Part shown: positions 48,534 through 58,669 of the stretch, piece after piece
Numbering within the stretch: position 1 is the first letter of the stretch
How the letters are laid out: each line of letters begins with the position of its first letter
Position numbers and translations under genes: made by a program
DNA from: an uncultured virus (IMG/VR IMGVR_UViG_2896054739_000006)
Lineage: Duplodnaviria; Heunggongvirae; Uroviricota; Caudoviricetes
Direction: 5' to 3' (one strand)
Length of the DNA stretch: 64,000 bases
IMG/VR virus record: IMGVR_UViG_2896054739_000006
The notes under the pieces: model-generated
Told to the model about the DNA's origin: nothing
Seen by the model: the letters and a program-made list of their open reading frames with translations, nothing else
Database searches by the model: none

Positions 48534-48737
48534 ATTTTTCCTCCATTTTTTTATTTTGAAGGAGCTTCATGCTTTCCTGCGTCTTTGCCTGATCCTCTCC
48601 TTTCCCAGAAAAACTGCATGAAAAAAGGAAGTCAAAAAACCTCAGACTTCCCTACACGTTTGATTTAGAATTTTACAGATACTATTTTCGCACATTTATA
48701 TTGTAATTGCAATGGAAACTTTTTTGAGATGGAGTAT

Positions 48738-49328
48738 TTATCGAACGTTCAAGCCATCCACCCCAAAAATTAGGGCTGTCAGCCTTTCAGTGCCCATCCG
48801 TAAATCAGAATAGACACTATCCTTTGATATATGCTGCCTTTCTGCAATCTCCATTACAGATAAAGTACGGTCCGCCATATACATATCCCATACAACATCA
48901 TATCTTCTCATTTCAATATCCCGGTTTGGCGCACTTTTACAGTACTCCCTATACAATCCAAACATTGTTTCGATGTGGGAAACTATAACTGCTGTCCTGG
49001 TGGCGCTGCGCTTTATACTCTCAATAATAACCTCATTATCGTACATTGACATCATAGATTCCAGAATATCCAGTGCAGATTCCTCCATTTGTGTTCTGCC
49101 AAACACTGAATTTTCTGCATGCTCTTTCAGCATATGATAATTGCGAAGTAACAGCTTAGTATTTCTCAAACGCCTATCTGCTCTCTTCCCCTGCTCCTTT
49201 TTTCGTTCCTGCTCAAACATTTTCAGAGCCTCTTTTGCCCCAATAGCTGCTGATTTCTCATAAATATCTTTCAGCTGTTCATGTGTCAAAACTACCAAGG
49301 CGCCATTGTCAGTCTTCTGGCTATCCAT
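48738..49328 (-). CDS. Putative late transcriptional activator (sigma region-4-like HTH)
   Basis: NTKLLLRNY; EIAERQHISKDSVY; LIFGVDG; last gene before the packaging region. Confidence 0.65.
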   Translation of the reverse strand: MDSQKTDNGALVVLTHEQLKDIYEKSAAIGAKEALKMFEQERKKEQGKRADRRLRNTKLLLRNYHMLKEHAENSVFGRTQMEESALDILESMMSMYDNEVIIESIKRSATRTAVIVSHIETMFGLYREYCKSAPNRDIEMRRYDVVWDMYMADRTLSVMEIAERQHISKDSVYSDLRMGTERLTALIFGVDGLNVR

Positions 49329-49428
49329 GTTTTCGCACCTCCTTGAAATTTGTTTCCAATTCATATTGAATTATGATATAATGTAACTGTCTGTTGGGAG
49401 GGTTGCGAAAGCACTCTCCTTTTGCCTT

Positions 49429-49641
49429 TCATTCGGAAATCGTCTGCAGATATTCTTCTATTGTCATCTGTCCGGGTATATCATAACAGGCTGTGTCATC
49501 CACCTCCGAAACTCTGTCCTTTCGGCTACTTCGTAAGCTGGTACCGAACATTTTCTCGTAACAGACAGGACCGTACTCTGCCTCCACGCTTACTGCACTT
49601 CTTAGCTTTCTCCCGCAATTCAAACAAATCATACGCACCAC
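49429..49641 (-). CDS. Small Zn-finger protein (DUF6011-like)
   Basis: CLNCGRKL..S....YGPVC; IPGQMTI. Confidence 0.65.
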   Translation of the reverse strand: MVRMICLNCGRKLRSAVSVEAEYGPVCYEKMFGTSLRSSRKDRVSEVDDTACYDIPGQMTIEEYLQTISE

Positions 49642-50257
49642 CCCTCTGGTTGTTCACATCTTTCAAATGCAATCACCCACACCCATGGATTTGCATCCCA
49701 TCCAAATAAATCGTATTGCTCCTTTTTGATTGTAGAATCCCATATATGAATAAATAACTTTTTACTCTGCATATAGGCATTCTCTGGATCATTAAATGCT
49801 TCTGGCCTGAGTATCACTCCTTCCGCTAAGAAATCATCCAGTGTCATATCTTTCAGACGCTCCACCCGAACATCCGTCACCCTCAGAAAGATTCTGGCAG
49901 CTTCTTTTGGCATATGTATTGAAGGATGCCATTTCATCATTTTATCCGTATATCTTCCCGGCTGCGGATATGGTGATGTCCATGCTTTATATACATATCC
50001 GTCTGTCCATTCACTCCATGTTTCCCTAACCCACAAAATATCCCCAACCTGTGCGGGCGGAGCCTGTGGGCTGTCAAACTGCTTCTCGTTTTCATCATAA
50101 TCATATACACCCATAAAGACTCCATCACATTTCCGTTTTGTCACGTAAAAACCACAGGCATTCTTACTTTTTGCCCTAACCAGCTCCTTGTACTGGTCTT
50201 TTCATTGCGTAAAATAGCCATAACCATTTCCGTATTAAATAATATAGGTCTTACCAC
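49629..50257 (-). pseudogene. ASCH/PUA-like phage protein, frameshifted near 50184
   Basis: RPILFNTEMV.AIL...KT.TR and GDILWVRETW / W.PSIHMP lie in different frames; adding one base joins them. Confidence 0.65.
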
Positions 50258-50274
50258 GTCGAATCCCTCCCATT

Positions 50275-50829
50275 TTAATGCCCGCTTCTCAGCATACAAA
50301 ACAATAACTCTGCCATAGGTCTTGTCCTCAGCCCTGGATTGCACTGCTTAATAACGCTTAGTTTCCATCTCCCATTTTCGCTGTCAATTTTAGTTGGGTT
50401 TTCAAATTCATCTGTAATCTCTGACATAAAAGGTACTGCAACCATTATTCCAAAGTGAAAAGATGAACCTGGCGCCACTTCATATAAATGTCTTGCAAAT
50501 GTCCCATCCCGTAAATCCTGCAGCAGTTCTTTGTAGCATTCCATCGTTGTCACTATGTAATTTTTCTCACCAAGAAAATTCAGTCCGTTTCCACTGTAAA
50601 CGTCTTTTTTGCAGCTTTTGATTTCATAACAGACAAATATTCCCTTTTCTATAGCTGATACAGCGCACTGCCCATCCGGGACGAACTGCATAAAATCAAC
50701 CCTCTTAGGCTTTCCTTTTGCCGCCCATGGGTCTATACTGACCTCTCTGGCCCAATACTTTCCCATTCCGCTAAATTTTTCCTGTACAAGGAGATTCCCT
50801 AGAAAATTTGTTATTTTTTTTCTGTCCAT
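50275..50829 (-). CDS. PD-(D/E)xK nuclease-like protein
   Basis: EV...RVDFM...CYEIKS..D..SG pattern. Confidence 0.55.
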   Translation of the reverse strand: MDRKKITNFLGNLLVQEKFSGMGKYWAREVSIDPWAAKGKPKRVDFMQFVPDGQCAVSAIEKGIFVCYEIKSCKKDVYSGNGLNFLGEKNYIVTTMECYKELLQDLRDGTFARHLYEVAPGSSFHFGIMVAVPFMSEITDEFENPTKIDSENGRWKLSVIKQCNPGLRTRPMAELLFCMLRSGH

Positions 50830-50833
50830 CAAA

Positions 50834-51259
50834 TCATCCTTTCTTCTCTGTCTTAGTTTTATTGCCGCCATATTTTACAGCTAATGACATAGCATCCTCT
50901 CCAATATCTCCAGGTTTCTCCTTTTTCTCTAATTTCTTTTGGCATTTTTCCAGTGCTGCGTCATAATCGTATTCTATCTGTTCTGACAATCTATCAGCGA
51001 TTTTTAAAAATTTCTCACGATAATAGCATTCCCACTGAATATCGCTCCTTACCCCATCCAGCATTTTCACATAATCATGCAACATGCAGATAATCAAAAC
51101 TATATCACCGTAGGAACAGCTGACAACATAGTCACACATCATTTTTAAATTGATAGCTTTTTCAATCATTACCTGCTTTTCCTCTTCCATGGATAACTCC
51201 TTTTCTACCTCCTGGAGAAATTCCAAGAAGAAAAAAAGTTTATTCTCACTGTCTGTCAT
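50834..51259 (-). CDS. Hypothetical protein
   Basis: ORF with RBS in operon. Confidence 0.6.
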   Translation of the reverse strand: MTDSENKLFFFLEFLQEVEKELSMEEEKQVMIEKAINLKMMCDYVVSCSYGDIVLIICMLHDYVKMLDGVRSDIQWECYYREKFLKIADRLSEQIEYDYDAALEKCQKKLEKKEKPGDIGEDAMSLAVKYGGNKTKTEKKG

Positions 51260-51262
51260 AAT

Positions 51263-51583
51263 TCACCTCATAACTTTAAAACTCTTTCTATTCTGTTCTG
51301 CATGATAGCTGCTAATTTCATACCTTATACATTCTTCTCTTTCCAAGTTTCTTTTTGATGTATCATTGTCAAATTTCCGGCAATCATCACAAAAGAAGCA
51401 TGGATCCCAATTATCTGAAACTTCGTCGGGAGTAACTTTTGAGTTTTCTGCATTGTTTATGCATGAATTACACGCACAGTAATAACACGGGTCTACCATT
51501 TGGATACGCCCTTTAACAGGCTTGGGGAACGGATTTTCTTCTGATATGTTCATCCATTCGTCAAATCTCAGCTGTCCTTTCAT
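51263..51583 (-). CDS. Cys-rich hypothetical protein
   Basis: CYYCACNSC, CFFCDDC. Confidence 0.6.
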   Translation of the reverse strand: MKGQLRFDEWMNISEENPFPKPVKGRIQMVDPCYYCACNSCINNAENSKVTPDEVSDNWDPCFFCDDCRKFDNDTSKRNLEREECIRYEISSYHAEQNRKSFKVMR

Positions 51584-51594
51584 TTATGTTACTC

Positions 51595-52041
51595 CTATCC
51601 CGCTAATTCCAGGTTGTCGAAAATATTGCCGATAACCTCTAACTCCCTGTTTCCGTTTTCCTCACAGTTACCATACTGCCATAAAGGGAAAATCAACCCT
51701 TTGCTTAATGCACTATTAGATTCTAATATTTCGGCACCCCATTGATGCTTTTTGCTCCACAATATACGAACAATGCTGTTCCTATATCGGCAAATATCAT
51801 TTTCAAAAATCTTACTGCCACTCTTGTCAGGGATTCCAGTATATTCGCAGACAGTATCGGGGTCTACTTCATAAGAAAACGCTATTACACGTTTTGTGTC
51901 TTTGTAGTAGCTAATGCCTACATTATGTGGTGTTATGCATGAAAAATCATTTCCCACCCACAAGTACCCCTTGACCCACCAATCTTCTTTCGGTAGCTCT
52001 TTCCAGTTTTTACGCTTTGCCTTGTACAAATATTCCCTCAT
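51595..52041 (-). CDS. YopX family protein
   Basis: VDPDTVCEYTG..D..G.KIFENDI; EVIGNIFDN. Confidence 0.85.
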   Translation of the reverse strand: MREYLYKAKRKNWKELPKEDWWVKGYLWVGNDFSCITPHNVGISYYKDTKRVIAFSYEVDPDTVCEYTGIPDKSGSKIFENDICRYRNSIVRILWSKKHQWGAEILESNSALSKGLIFPLWQYGNCEENGNRELEVIGNIFDNLELAG

Positions 52042-52080
52042 CTTTCCTCACCTCATTCCATTTCCCCGCAAACCACTCCC

Positions 52081-52332
52081 TTAAATCATTTGACATACTT
52101 TGTTTTCTTCATCAAGGGTTACTATATGCCTTTTATCCAATGCCCTAAGTGTTCTGACACTGCAATACCAAATTGGACACCTATAAGTATCTGCCCCATT
52201 TCTGCAATGATGTATTTCAACGCCAACCCATGACCAAAACCCGCCGTCATATCTGATAAGTTTTCCATGTGTTCTCATAATCCGCACCGATTCTTCCATC
52301 TTTGCAGATAAATTTCTATGTCCGTAAGCCAT
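52081..52332 (-). CDS. Hypothetical protein
   Basis: AAGGAG RBS. Confidence 0.55.
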   Translation of the reverse strand: MAYGHRNLSAKMEESVRIMRTHGKLIRYDGGFWSWVGVEIHHCRNGADTYRCPIWYCSVRTLRALDKRHIVTLDEENKVCQMI

Positions 52333-52371
52333 AATACTTACTCCTTCTTTTTTCTGCCGTATTCCTGGCAC

Positions 52372-52779
52372 TCATTTTCCCTTGTCTCCTTCTTTCTTAT
52401 CTATGAATAGATCCGGCATCTCTTCCGCTCCCTGCAAAAAAGATTTTATAAATGTTTCTAATTTGGGACATGTATAGCAAAGAGTTTTGTAAAGTTTATA
52501 TAACCGTTTTTGAAATTCTTCTTCACAGCATATATGATAATCTCTAATATCATATATGGAACTAATATTTGGTTTTATAAACATATTAATTGTTGGTTTA
52601 TTAAATCCATCAAAATTTCTTTGCAAAAAAATTGTTCCATTATAAATATTTGTCCACCAAACAAACTGATTGTTTTCATACGGGAATTCCTTTGTTGGCC
52701 CAGTGTACCACTTGACTTTATTCAATTCAGTCTGTGTAAGCAGATTATTTACAAATTCAAGCAGTATTTTATCATCCAT
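52372..52779 (-). CDS. Hypothetical protein, AT-rich
   Basis: ORF in operon, visibly more AT-rich than neighbours. Confidence 0.55.
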   Translation of the reverse strand: MDDKILLEFVNNLLTQTELNKVKWYTGPTKEFPYENNQFVWWTNIYNGTIFLQRNFDGFNKPTINMFIKPNISSIYDIRDYHICCEEEFQKRLYKLYKTLCYTCPKLETFIKSFLQGAEEMPDLFIDKKEGDKGK

Positions 52780-52793
52780 AACACGCCATCCCT

Positions 52794-53105
52794 TCATTCC
52801 ATATTAGCTTTCTTCCGCTTCTCAACTTCAATGAGTGGCGGCGTAACCACACACTTTTCCATTCCTTCCGCAAGTTCTTTTGCTCCTGGATGATTCCGCT
52901 CAATTTCATTAGCCAGATGACGCATAACAAACAGAATCAACCCTGCATCTGCTTTAGCATAAGGTGATAAAGATTTCATAATCCGGTCTGTATAGTATCC
53001 CAGCCCTCTCTCTACCAGTTTCATTGCCTCTGGCGTCTTTCCATTAGTTATCAACTCATTTCCCCGTTCAACAAAACTTCTCATTCTATTCTCTTTAATC
53101 TTCAT
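52794..53105 (-). CDS. Hypothetical protein
   Basis: GGAGG RBS. Confidence 0.6.
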   Translation of the reverse strand: MKIKENRMRSFVERGNELITNGKTPEAMKLVERGLGYYTDRIMKSLSPYAKADAGLILFVMRHLANEIERNHPGAKELAEGMEKCVVTPPLIEVEKRKKANME

Positions 53106-53148
53106 ATCATACCTCCAAAATCCTCAAATAGTATTTGCCCATATTTTC

Positions 53149-54198
53149 TTACTCCATGGCCACCGGGAGCACGATTGCTTTAAAATCGCTGTCCTCAGCC
53201 TCCACAATCATTGGCATTTTAGCTCCTCCAAAAGCCATACCTACATTCGCACAATCAAAAGCTTTTAATGTTTCCATTACCAGTTTTGCATTAAAACCTA
53301 TCACAAGCTTATCTGAAAGCTCTTCCTGAAGGTCCACTGTTTCGTCATAATCTGTAGTACTGTCCCTAATGCTCAGATTAAGAGAGCGGCCCTGTAATTC
53401 AAATCTAACGGGTTTAAATTCATCCGTACACATCTTTGCTCTCGTTATGGCTTCCAGCAGATTTTCTCTGGATATAACCGTATGCAAAGGAAGCTTATTA
53501 AACATAGCTTTATACTTAAAATACTCCCCTTCCATCAGCCTGGTATATACCTCATATTCTTCCGTAATAAAAACAGCCTGTGTCTTATTATGTTTAATCT
53601 GTACTTTACCCGTGATTCCAAGAGATTTCAGCTTTTCAACCGTGTTTTTGGGTATTAGCAGTTCAAACTCCCCATCATAATTTACCCTGTCCCATGCAAG
53701 CACATGGCCATCCAGCCCAACAAAATTTAACTCTCCTTCCGCTGCCTGAACACACATAGAATTCATTACTGCATTCGTTCCCTGCGCCGGAATTGCATAT
53801 GATACACGCTTCATGGATTCTAACAATATATCTGCATCAATGCTCAGTTCTTTTTCATTTTCCCATGCAGAAACAACCGGAAACTGTTCTGGAGACATTG
53901 TCTGATACTTATTTTTAATTCTATCTGCTTTAATCGTCATGGTATTTTTCGATGATACTGAAATATCCACCTCTCCATCCGGCAGATTGTTAATCAAATC
54001 AAACGCTCTCTCCGGAATGATAAAGCATTCCCTTTCTGTTCCCTCTAATTTAGCCCTGATGGTAGTTTCCAGGTTGCTGCCTATTAAATAACCATCCTTT
54101 ACTAAAACCCCCTGTAATGCCGCTTGTATGGGCTTCTTGGGTACAGCCATCTTTACTCTATTTAATTTCTGCGCTAACTCTTTTTTTTGTATCTTCAT
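53149..54198 (-). CDS. dnaN: DNA polymerase III beta sliding clamp homolog
   Basis: 349 aa three-domain pattern; VGLDGHVLA, RLMEGEYFKY, IGFNAKL, IVLPV end. Confidence 0.85.
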   Translation of the reverse strand: MKIQKKELAQKLNRVKMAVPKKPIQAALQGVLVKDGYLIGSNLETTIRAKLEGTERECFIIPERAFDLINNLPDGEVDISVSSKNTMTIKADRIKNKYQTMSPEQFPVVSAWENEKELSIDADILLESMKRVSYAIPAQGTNAVMNSMCVQAAEGELNFVGLDGHVLAWDRVNYDGEFELLIPKNTVEKLKSLGITGKVQIKHNKTQAVFITEEYEVYTRLMEGEYFKYKAMFNKLPLHTVISRENLLEAITRAKMCTDEFKPVRFELQGRSLNLSIRDSTTDYDETVDLQEELSDKLVIGFNAKLVMETLKAFDCANVGMAFGGAKMPMIVEAEDSDFKAIVLPVAME

Positions 54199-54712
54199 CT
54201 TTTAACTCCACTCCTTCCAAAATGAGTATTGTTCCTGGGCAGTCTTGCAATCTGTATGCCTCTAATTCCTGTTCCGTCATAAACTTATGGCCAAATAATT
54301 CCTTCATTCTCTTCCAGATATCCCAAGGCACTCTATAAAACTTCACCAAGCCAATAGAAACCATTACATAACAGCGTGCTCCAAATTTCTCATATATGTC
54401 CAAGCTCTTCCATTGGGTATCTGTAACAACACTTTGATTTATTCTGTCAGAATCCGTATGCTTTGCCTCAAACATAATACCGGTTCCGTCACATAAAATG
54501 CCTTTATAGTCTGGCTGCCCTTTCTTTTCGTAATATCCTCGGACAACGCCGTTTCCGTCCTTTCCGGTGATGTGAAAAGGTTCTGGTGTCTTTTCTATGT
54601 GTGCCCAGCCTTTTTGCAGATAAAATTCACAGGAACTTGACAGCCATCGTTCGAAGGCGTCCCCGGACTCTTTACTCCGCCTGCCAATAATCTGCCGTCT
54701 TATATCAGGCAT
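54158..54712 (-). CDS. recU: RecU Holliday junction resolvase
   Basis: G.AFE...IEKTPEP...PDYKG...FEAKHT. Confidence 0.85.
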   Translation of the reverse strand: MPDIRRQIIGRRSKESGDAFERWLSSSCEFYLQKGWAHIEKTPEPFHITGKDGNGVVRGYYEKKGQPDYKGILCDGTGIMFEAKHTDSDRINQSVVTDTQWKSLDIYEKFGARCYVMVSIGLVKFYRVPWDIWKRMKELFGHKFMTEQELEAYRLQDCPGTILILEGVELKDEDTKKRVSAEIK

Positions 54713-54893
54713 CCTTATCACCAACCTTTGACAGTCCATCCTCTGCATAACAACCTTTGTATGCATCAAGCCATACGCACATTGTCCCACAAACTTTCTG
54801 TGGTCCTGCTGTAACAATAAACTCTTTACCACGATACCGCTCTGGAACATGGTACTTATCATTCATTACTACTCTATCTCCCTTGGCCAACAT
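54705..54893 (-). CDS. Small hypothetical protein
   Basis: Overlapping ORF with GGAGG RBS. Confidence 0.55.
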   Translation of the reverse strand: MLAKGDRVVMNDKYHVPERYRGKEFIVTAGPQKVCGTMCVWLDAYKGCYAEDGLSKVGDKDA

Positions 54894-55290
54894 TCTTTAA
54901 TCCCTCCAATCGTTTGTCTGTTAATTCCCTAATTTTGCCCATTGTTACCATCCCAATCCCCTTTATTGTGCCAATTTCCTCAGCAAAATCAGTAATAGTA
55001 AACTGTAATGTTTCTGCTTTTACCTCCTTACCCTGGTTAAAGCCTTCACTCCTTGCCTTTTTCACCCTGTCCTCTACATAATGCACCAGTTGTTCATCTG
55101 TCATTTTCCGCATTTTCACAGCTTTATCATGGATAACACTTTCATCCATTGTCCGTCTGCAGCTTCTTTTCTTTCCCATGGCAACCTTCCTCTCTTCTCT
55201 TGATACTTTCCGTATAGCTATACCCGCAGTACTATCTGCATAGCCTTCTCCATTCCTGTTCCATTTAGCCATCATTATCACCGGAACCAA
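54874..55290 (-). CDS. Hypothetical protein with C-terminal HhH-like motif
   Basis: AVKMRKMTDEQL; IKGIG. Confidence 0.6.
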   Translation of the reverse strand: MVPVIMMAKWNRNGEGYADSTAGIAIRKVSREERKVAMGKKRSCRRTMDESVIHDKAVKMRKMTDEQLVHYVEDRVKKARSEGFNQGKEVKAETLQFTITDFAEEIGTIKGIGMVTMGKIRELTDKRLEGLKNVGQGR

Positions 55291-56305
55291 TCGTAATGCT
55301 TTCTGCCAACTCCTCCAGTTTCGGTATATCCAAGCCTAAGTTTTTGCAGAATGTCTTGAAACACTCCCTGCACATAAACCCAAACTGTTTCGGCTGCTCC
55401 CCACGTTTTGACCTGGCAAGCAGGGTAATCATATCACTTTTTTTCAAGTGAGCTTTGCACTCAGCACATGTATCATACATCTTCTTTTTTATCTTAGGGC
55501 TTATCCTGGAATGTTTAAGCTGTTTCGGAAAATCCCGCCGCATATTTTCCTGTCCAACAATCGGTATCAGGCTGTCTTTCATGAATACTGGAATCCCTTC
55601 CTTGTCACAGCCAGAAACAATATCCTCTATCCACTCCCTTTTAGGAATAATTCTGTCTTTTCGATTCCCTGTTTCCGCACCAATGATTATCCAATCAGGT
55701 GAAAATTTATCCTTTTCCCATATCTGGAAGGGTGCATGAATAGGCTCTATACTCCAAAAAGTATTATGGGTATTTGATACAAAGCACCTATCCTCCGGTT
55801 TGGTAAGCGTTGAGCCATACCACATATTTTCATCTGCTGAGAGCATCCCAGCAGCGTCAATGCGCTCATACCTCTCTGGGTTCTTGGTGAGGAACAAATA
55901 ATTATGTATTGGATATGCCCTGCAGATATCTATGATTTCCTTAATCCATTCTTCTGGTACCCACCCCCCAAATACATCCGCCATCGCACCGACAAAAATG
56001 TTTTTCCCCATTTTAAGTTTCGCCGGAATATCCATCCGGTATCTGTGGAGCGTAGGGGCAAACCCAAACGGATACACAAGCGGATGCCCTGTTTCATTCA
56101 GCATGGTGGAATCTAATACATATAAATCTTCTCCCCCATCGGCGGCTGACACCATCAGATAATCCTTCTTTGCCATTTTATTCAGCCTTACATCCCCTGC
56201 AAATCTGGCTGTCATTGTCCTTGCATAGCAATATGGACATTCATGCCTGCATCCCGTAATAGGATTCCACGTATGGTCACACCATTCAATTTTTGACCGA
56301 TTCAT
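55265..56305 (-). CDS. DUF5131 / phage Gp37-Gp68 radical-SAM-like protein
   Basis: IEWCDHTWNPITGC...CPYCYA, FLTKNP, SIEP, WIIIGAETG, PVFMK. Confidence 0.85.
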   Translation of the reverse strand: MNRSKIEWCDHTWNPITGCRHECPYCYARTMTARFAGDVRLNKMAKKDYLMVSAADGGEDLYVLDSTMLNETGHPLVYPFGFAPTLHRYRMDIPAKLKMGKNIFVGAMADVFGGWVPEEWIKEIIDICRAYPIHNYLFLTKNPERYERIDAAGMLSADENMWYGSTLTKPEDRCFVSNTHNTFWSIEPIHAPFQIWEKDKFSPDWIIIGAETGNRKDRIIPKREWIEDIVSGCDKEGIPVFMKDSLIPIVGQENMRRDFPKQLKHSRISPKIKKKMYDTCAECKAHLKKSDMITLLARSKRGEQPKQFGFMCRECFKTFCKNLGLDIPKLEELAESITIGSGDNDG

Positions 56306-56552
56306 AATCTTCACCTCTTTTCGCAAATCCCAATTCCTTGTCCTCTTTCCATATGATTCCTGCAAAATTAATTTTCTGCCCACATTGGTCACAATATTTC
56401 GGCTGATAATTTGGTCCGGCATTTAAAGCATGGTTGCACCTGGGACAATAATGGTTCTCAGTCTTGGTTATAACAAACCCATATTTTAAATAAGTGATTT
56501 CCCTTGCTATCGGTTTTCTTGCCTTACTCTTTTTAATCATCTGCCGTTTCAC
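56286..56552 (-). CDS. Zn-ribbon protein
   Basis: CPRC...YCDQCGQKI. Confidence 0.65.
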   Translation of the reverse strand: MKRQMIKKSKARKPIAREITYLKYGFVITKTENHYCPRCNHALNAGPNYQPKYCDQCGQKINFAGIIWKEDKELGFAKRGEDYESVKN

Positions 56553-58657
56553 CCCGCCTTCCTCTGTTTCTTTGGAGCAGCCTCATACTCAGCCATCTTT
56601 TTTTCAAAAATCTCAACGAATGCTTTTACCTCCGGCGTCATTTCACAGTTACGGAAACCTCTGCACTGAACAACTCTCCCATGCCATTCCAATGTGTAAT
56701 ATGGTTTCTCTGGCGCTGCCTTTTGCCGAATAAAGAAAATCATTGTTTCTCCCTTTTCCACCTTTTCCATGTACGTGCCAACGCAGTGATGAAGCGATTC
56801 TCCTTCTTCCTTTAGTTCTTCCAGTTTGTTTGGCAGTCTGATAAATAATCCATCAATATTGAGATTCATAGCCTCCACTTCTGCTGTTTCTTTCCTAAGT
56901 TTTCTAAGAAGACGGTTAAACCTTTTTGCGTCTTCTCTGGCTTGCTTATCCTTGAATTTCATATACTGTTTTGACATTTCATCATGTGCCCTTCTAAAAT
57001 TTCTGGGGAACAAATTAAACTCATTCCGCATATCGTAGCCCATTTTCTCTAACCATCTGATATAATCAAAATAATCAGCATCATGTTTGATTCTCTGCTT
57101 ATTTATGTACTTATCCACTTTGTAAATTGTGGTGTACTGCCTCATATCAAGATACTTTTCATACATTTTGTCGTATCCGTCATCATGAATATAGCGGAGC
57201 AATTTAAAATCTTCCTGTCGGATTTCCTTTGCATACCAAAGTATCATCACATCTCTTACCGTTGGATTCCCCACTTCCCGAAGCATATTAAACTGCAGCT
57301 TATTTATCCCCAGTGTTTCCAATACTGTCTTCCCATTCTGAAATTCTGGACAATTATGGTCTTCCATAACAGACTGTGCAATTTTATAAAATCCGATTTT
57401 AAGCAGCTGCTCCAGATATGGTGTCTTTCGATACTGATTGAAATACCAGTCAATGGTCCAAGGTTTATTCAACAATATGCGCCAGTTGCTATTGTTCACA
57501 ATCTTGTCTATGTAAATATCTACCGCACTATATTTCATACATGTGCCAGATACCGTTTTAAGCAGATTCTCGTTGTATAAAACCGCACTTCTTGGTACCG
57601 TTATTTCTGCCGGAGGACACCACCCACTATATTTTCTGTCATGGAATATGCACCAGCGGTAATCATATGTACTCTTAAATCTTGCCCATTCAAAATCTTT
57701 CGCCTTTTCAGCTGTATGTACCGTTCTGAATTTCTCCATTGTGGTAATCTCTGGATTGCGATAATTTATACGAAAATCCTTTGTATGACAGAAGTATCTT
57801 ACCAATACATCCTCCTCATGCTTTTGAATCAACACACTCCACTGAACTGCAAATAAACTCTGTCGGCTCATACTCTCGCTTTTACATTTGAAATACTTTC
57901 CGCAGTAAGGGCATAAAACCGTATGATTATGTTTGACCTTATCCACGTCATTCCATATAGGAATTTTCTTATGCCGGAGGTGTTTCTCTTTATCCAATTC
58001 AAAATCCAGTTCGCAGCTTGTGCAATATGCTGACTTATTGGCAGTGCTGTAAAAAATATAGTGTTCTTCACCAAATACCTTTTCTCTGACAAATCTGTCA
58101 TAATCTTTGGGAACATCACCAAACTTTTCCATATGCAAATCAATCTCGGCCTTTTCTTTGTTGTGCTTTTCCTGCAATTTCCATTCCTTGATTTTGTCTT
58201 GGTACTCGTCTATACGGTCTTCCAGTTCCGTATCCGTTACGGATCTGCCCTGTTCCATGCACCTGTCATAATCTTTGGTATCATGCCTTTTCTTAAATTC
58301 ATATAAGAATCCGAGAATAATTTCCCTTTCCTCAACCGAGGCAACTGCGATATTCCCTCCATTACGGTACCAGTAAAGATATCCAGTAAGATAATTGATA
58401 GCCCCTGTCTTCCACTTGGTTTTGTCTGTTGTCAGATCCTGCGTGATGTAATCATCTGGTTGACAGAATGTCCGGAACGCCGGCTTTAATTCCCTTTCCT
58501 CTGCATGAAAAAAATTAATAATCAGCGTGTCAATTCCATTAACTTCCTGCCTGCTTGCCGTTGCCAGATAAGATATATGAGGCACTAATAGCAGCATTTC
58601 CTTATTTTTATCCGTAAATACTGGCCTTGGTATAGCCGATAGTGCTCTTTTATCCAT
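56549..58657 (-). CDS. PcfJ-like protein
   Basis: EGESLHHCVGTY, IFFIR, PYYTLE, VQCRG..N. Confidence 0.85.
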   Translation of the reverse strand: MDKRALSAIPRPVFTDKNKEMLLLVPHISYLATASRQEVNGIDTLIINFFHAEERELKPAFRTFCQPDDYITQDLTTDKTKWKTGAINYLTGYLYWYRNGGNIAVASVEEREIILGFLYEFKKRHDTKDYDRCMEQGRSVTDTELEDRIDEYQDKIKEWKLQEKHNKEKAEIDLHMEKFGDVPKDYDRFVREKVFGEEHYIFYSTANKSAYCTSCELDFELDKEKHLRHKKIPIWNDVDKVKHNHTVLCPYCGKYFKCKSESMSRQSLFAVQWSVLIQKHEEDVLVRYFCHTKDFRINYRNPEITTMEKFRTVHTAEKAKDFEWARFKSTYDYRWCIFHDRKYSGWCPPAEITVPRSAVLYNENLLKTVSGTCMKYSAVDIYIDKIVNNSNWRILLNKPWTIDWYFNQYRKTPYLEQLLKIGFYKIAQSVMEDHNCPEFQNGKTVLETLGINKLQFNMLREVGNPTVRDVMILWYAKEIRQEDFKLLRYIHDDGYDKMYEKYLDMRQYTTIYKVDKYINKQRIKHDADYFDYIRWLEKMGYDMRNEFNLFPRNFRRAHDEMSKQYMKFKDKQAREDAKRFNRLLRKLRKETAEVEAMNLNIDGLFIRLPNKLEELKEEGESLHHCVGTYMEKVEKGETMIFFIRQKAAPEKPYYTLEWHGRVVQCRGFRNCEMTPEVKAFVEIFEKKMAEYEAAPKKQRKAG

Positions 58658-58669
58658 ATAACCGCCCCC

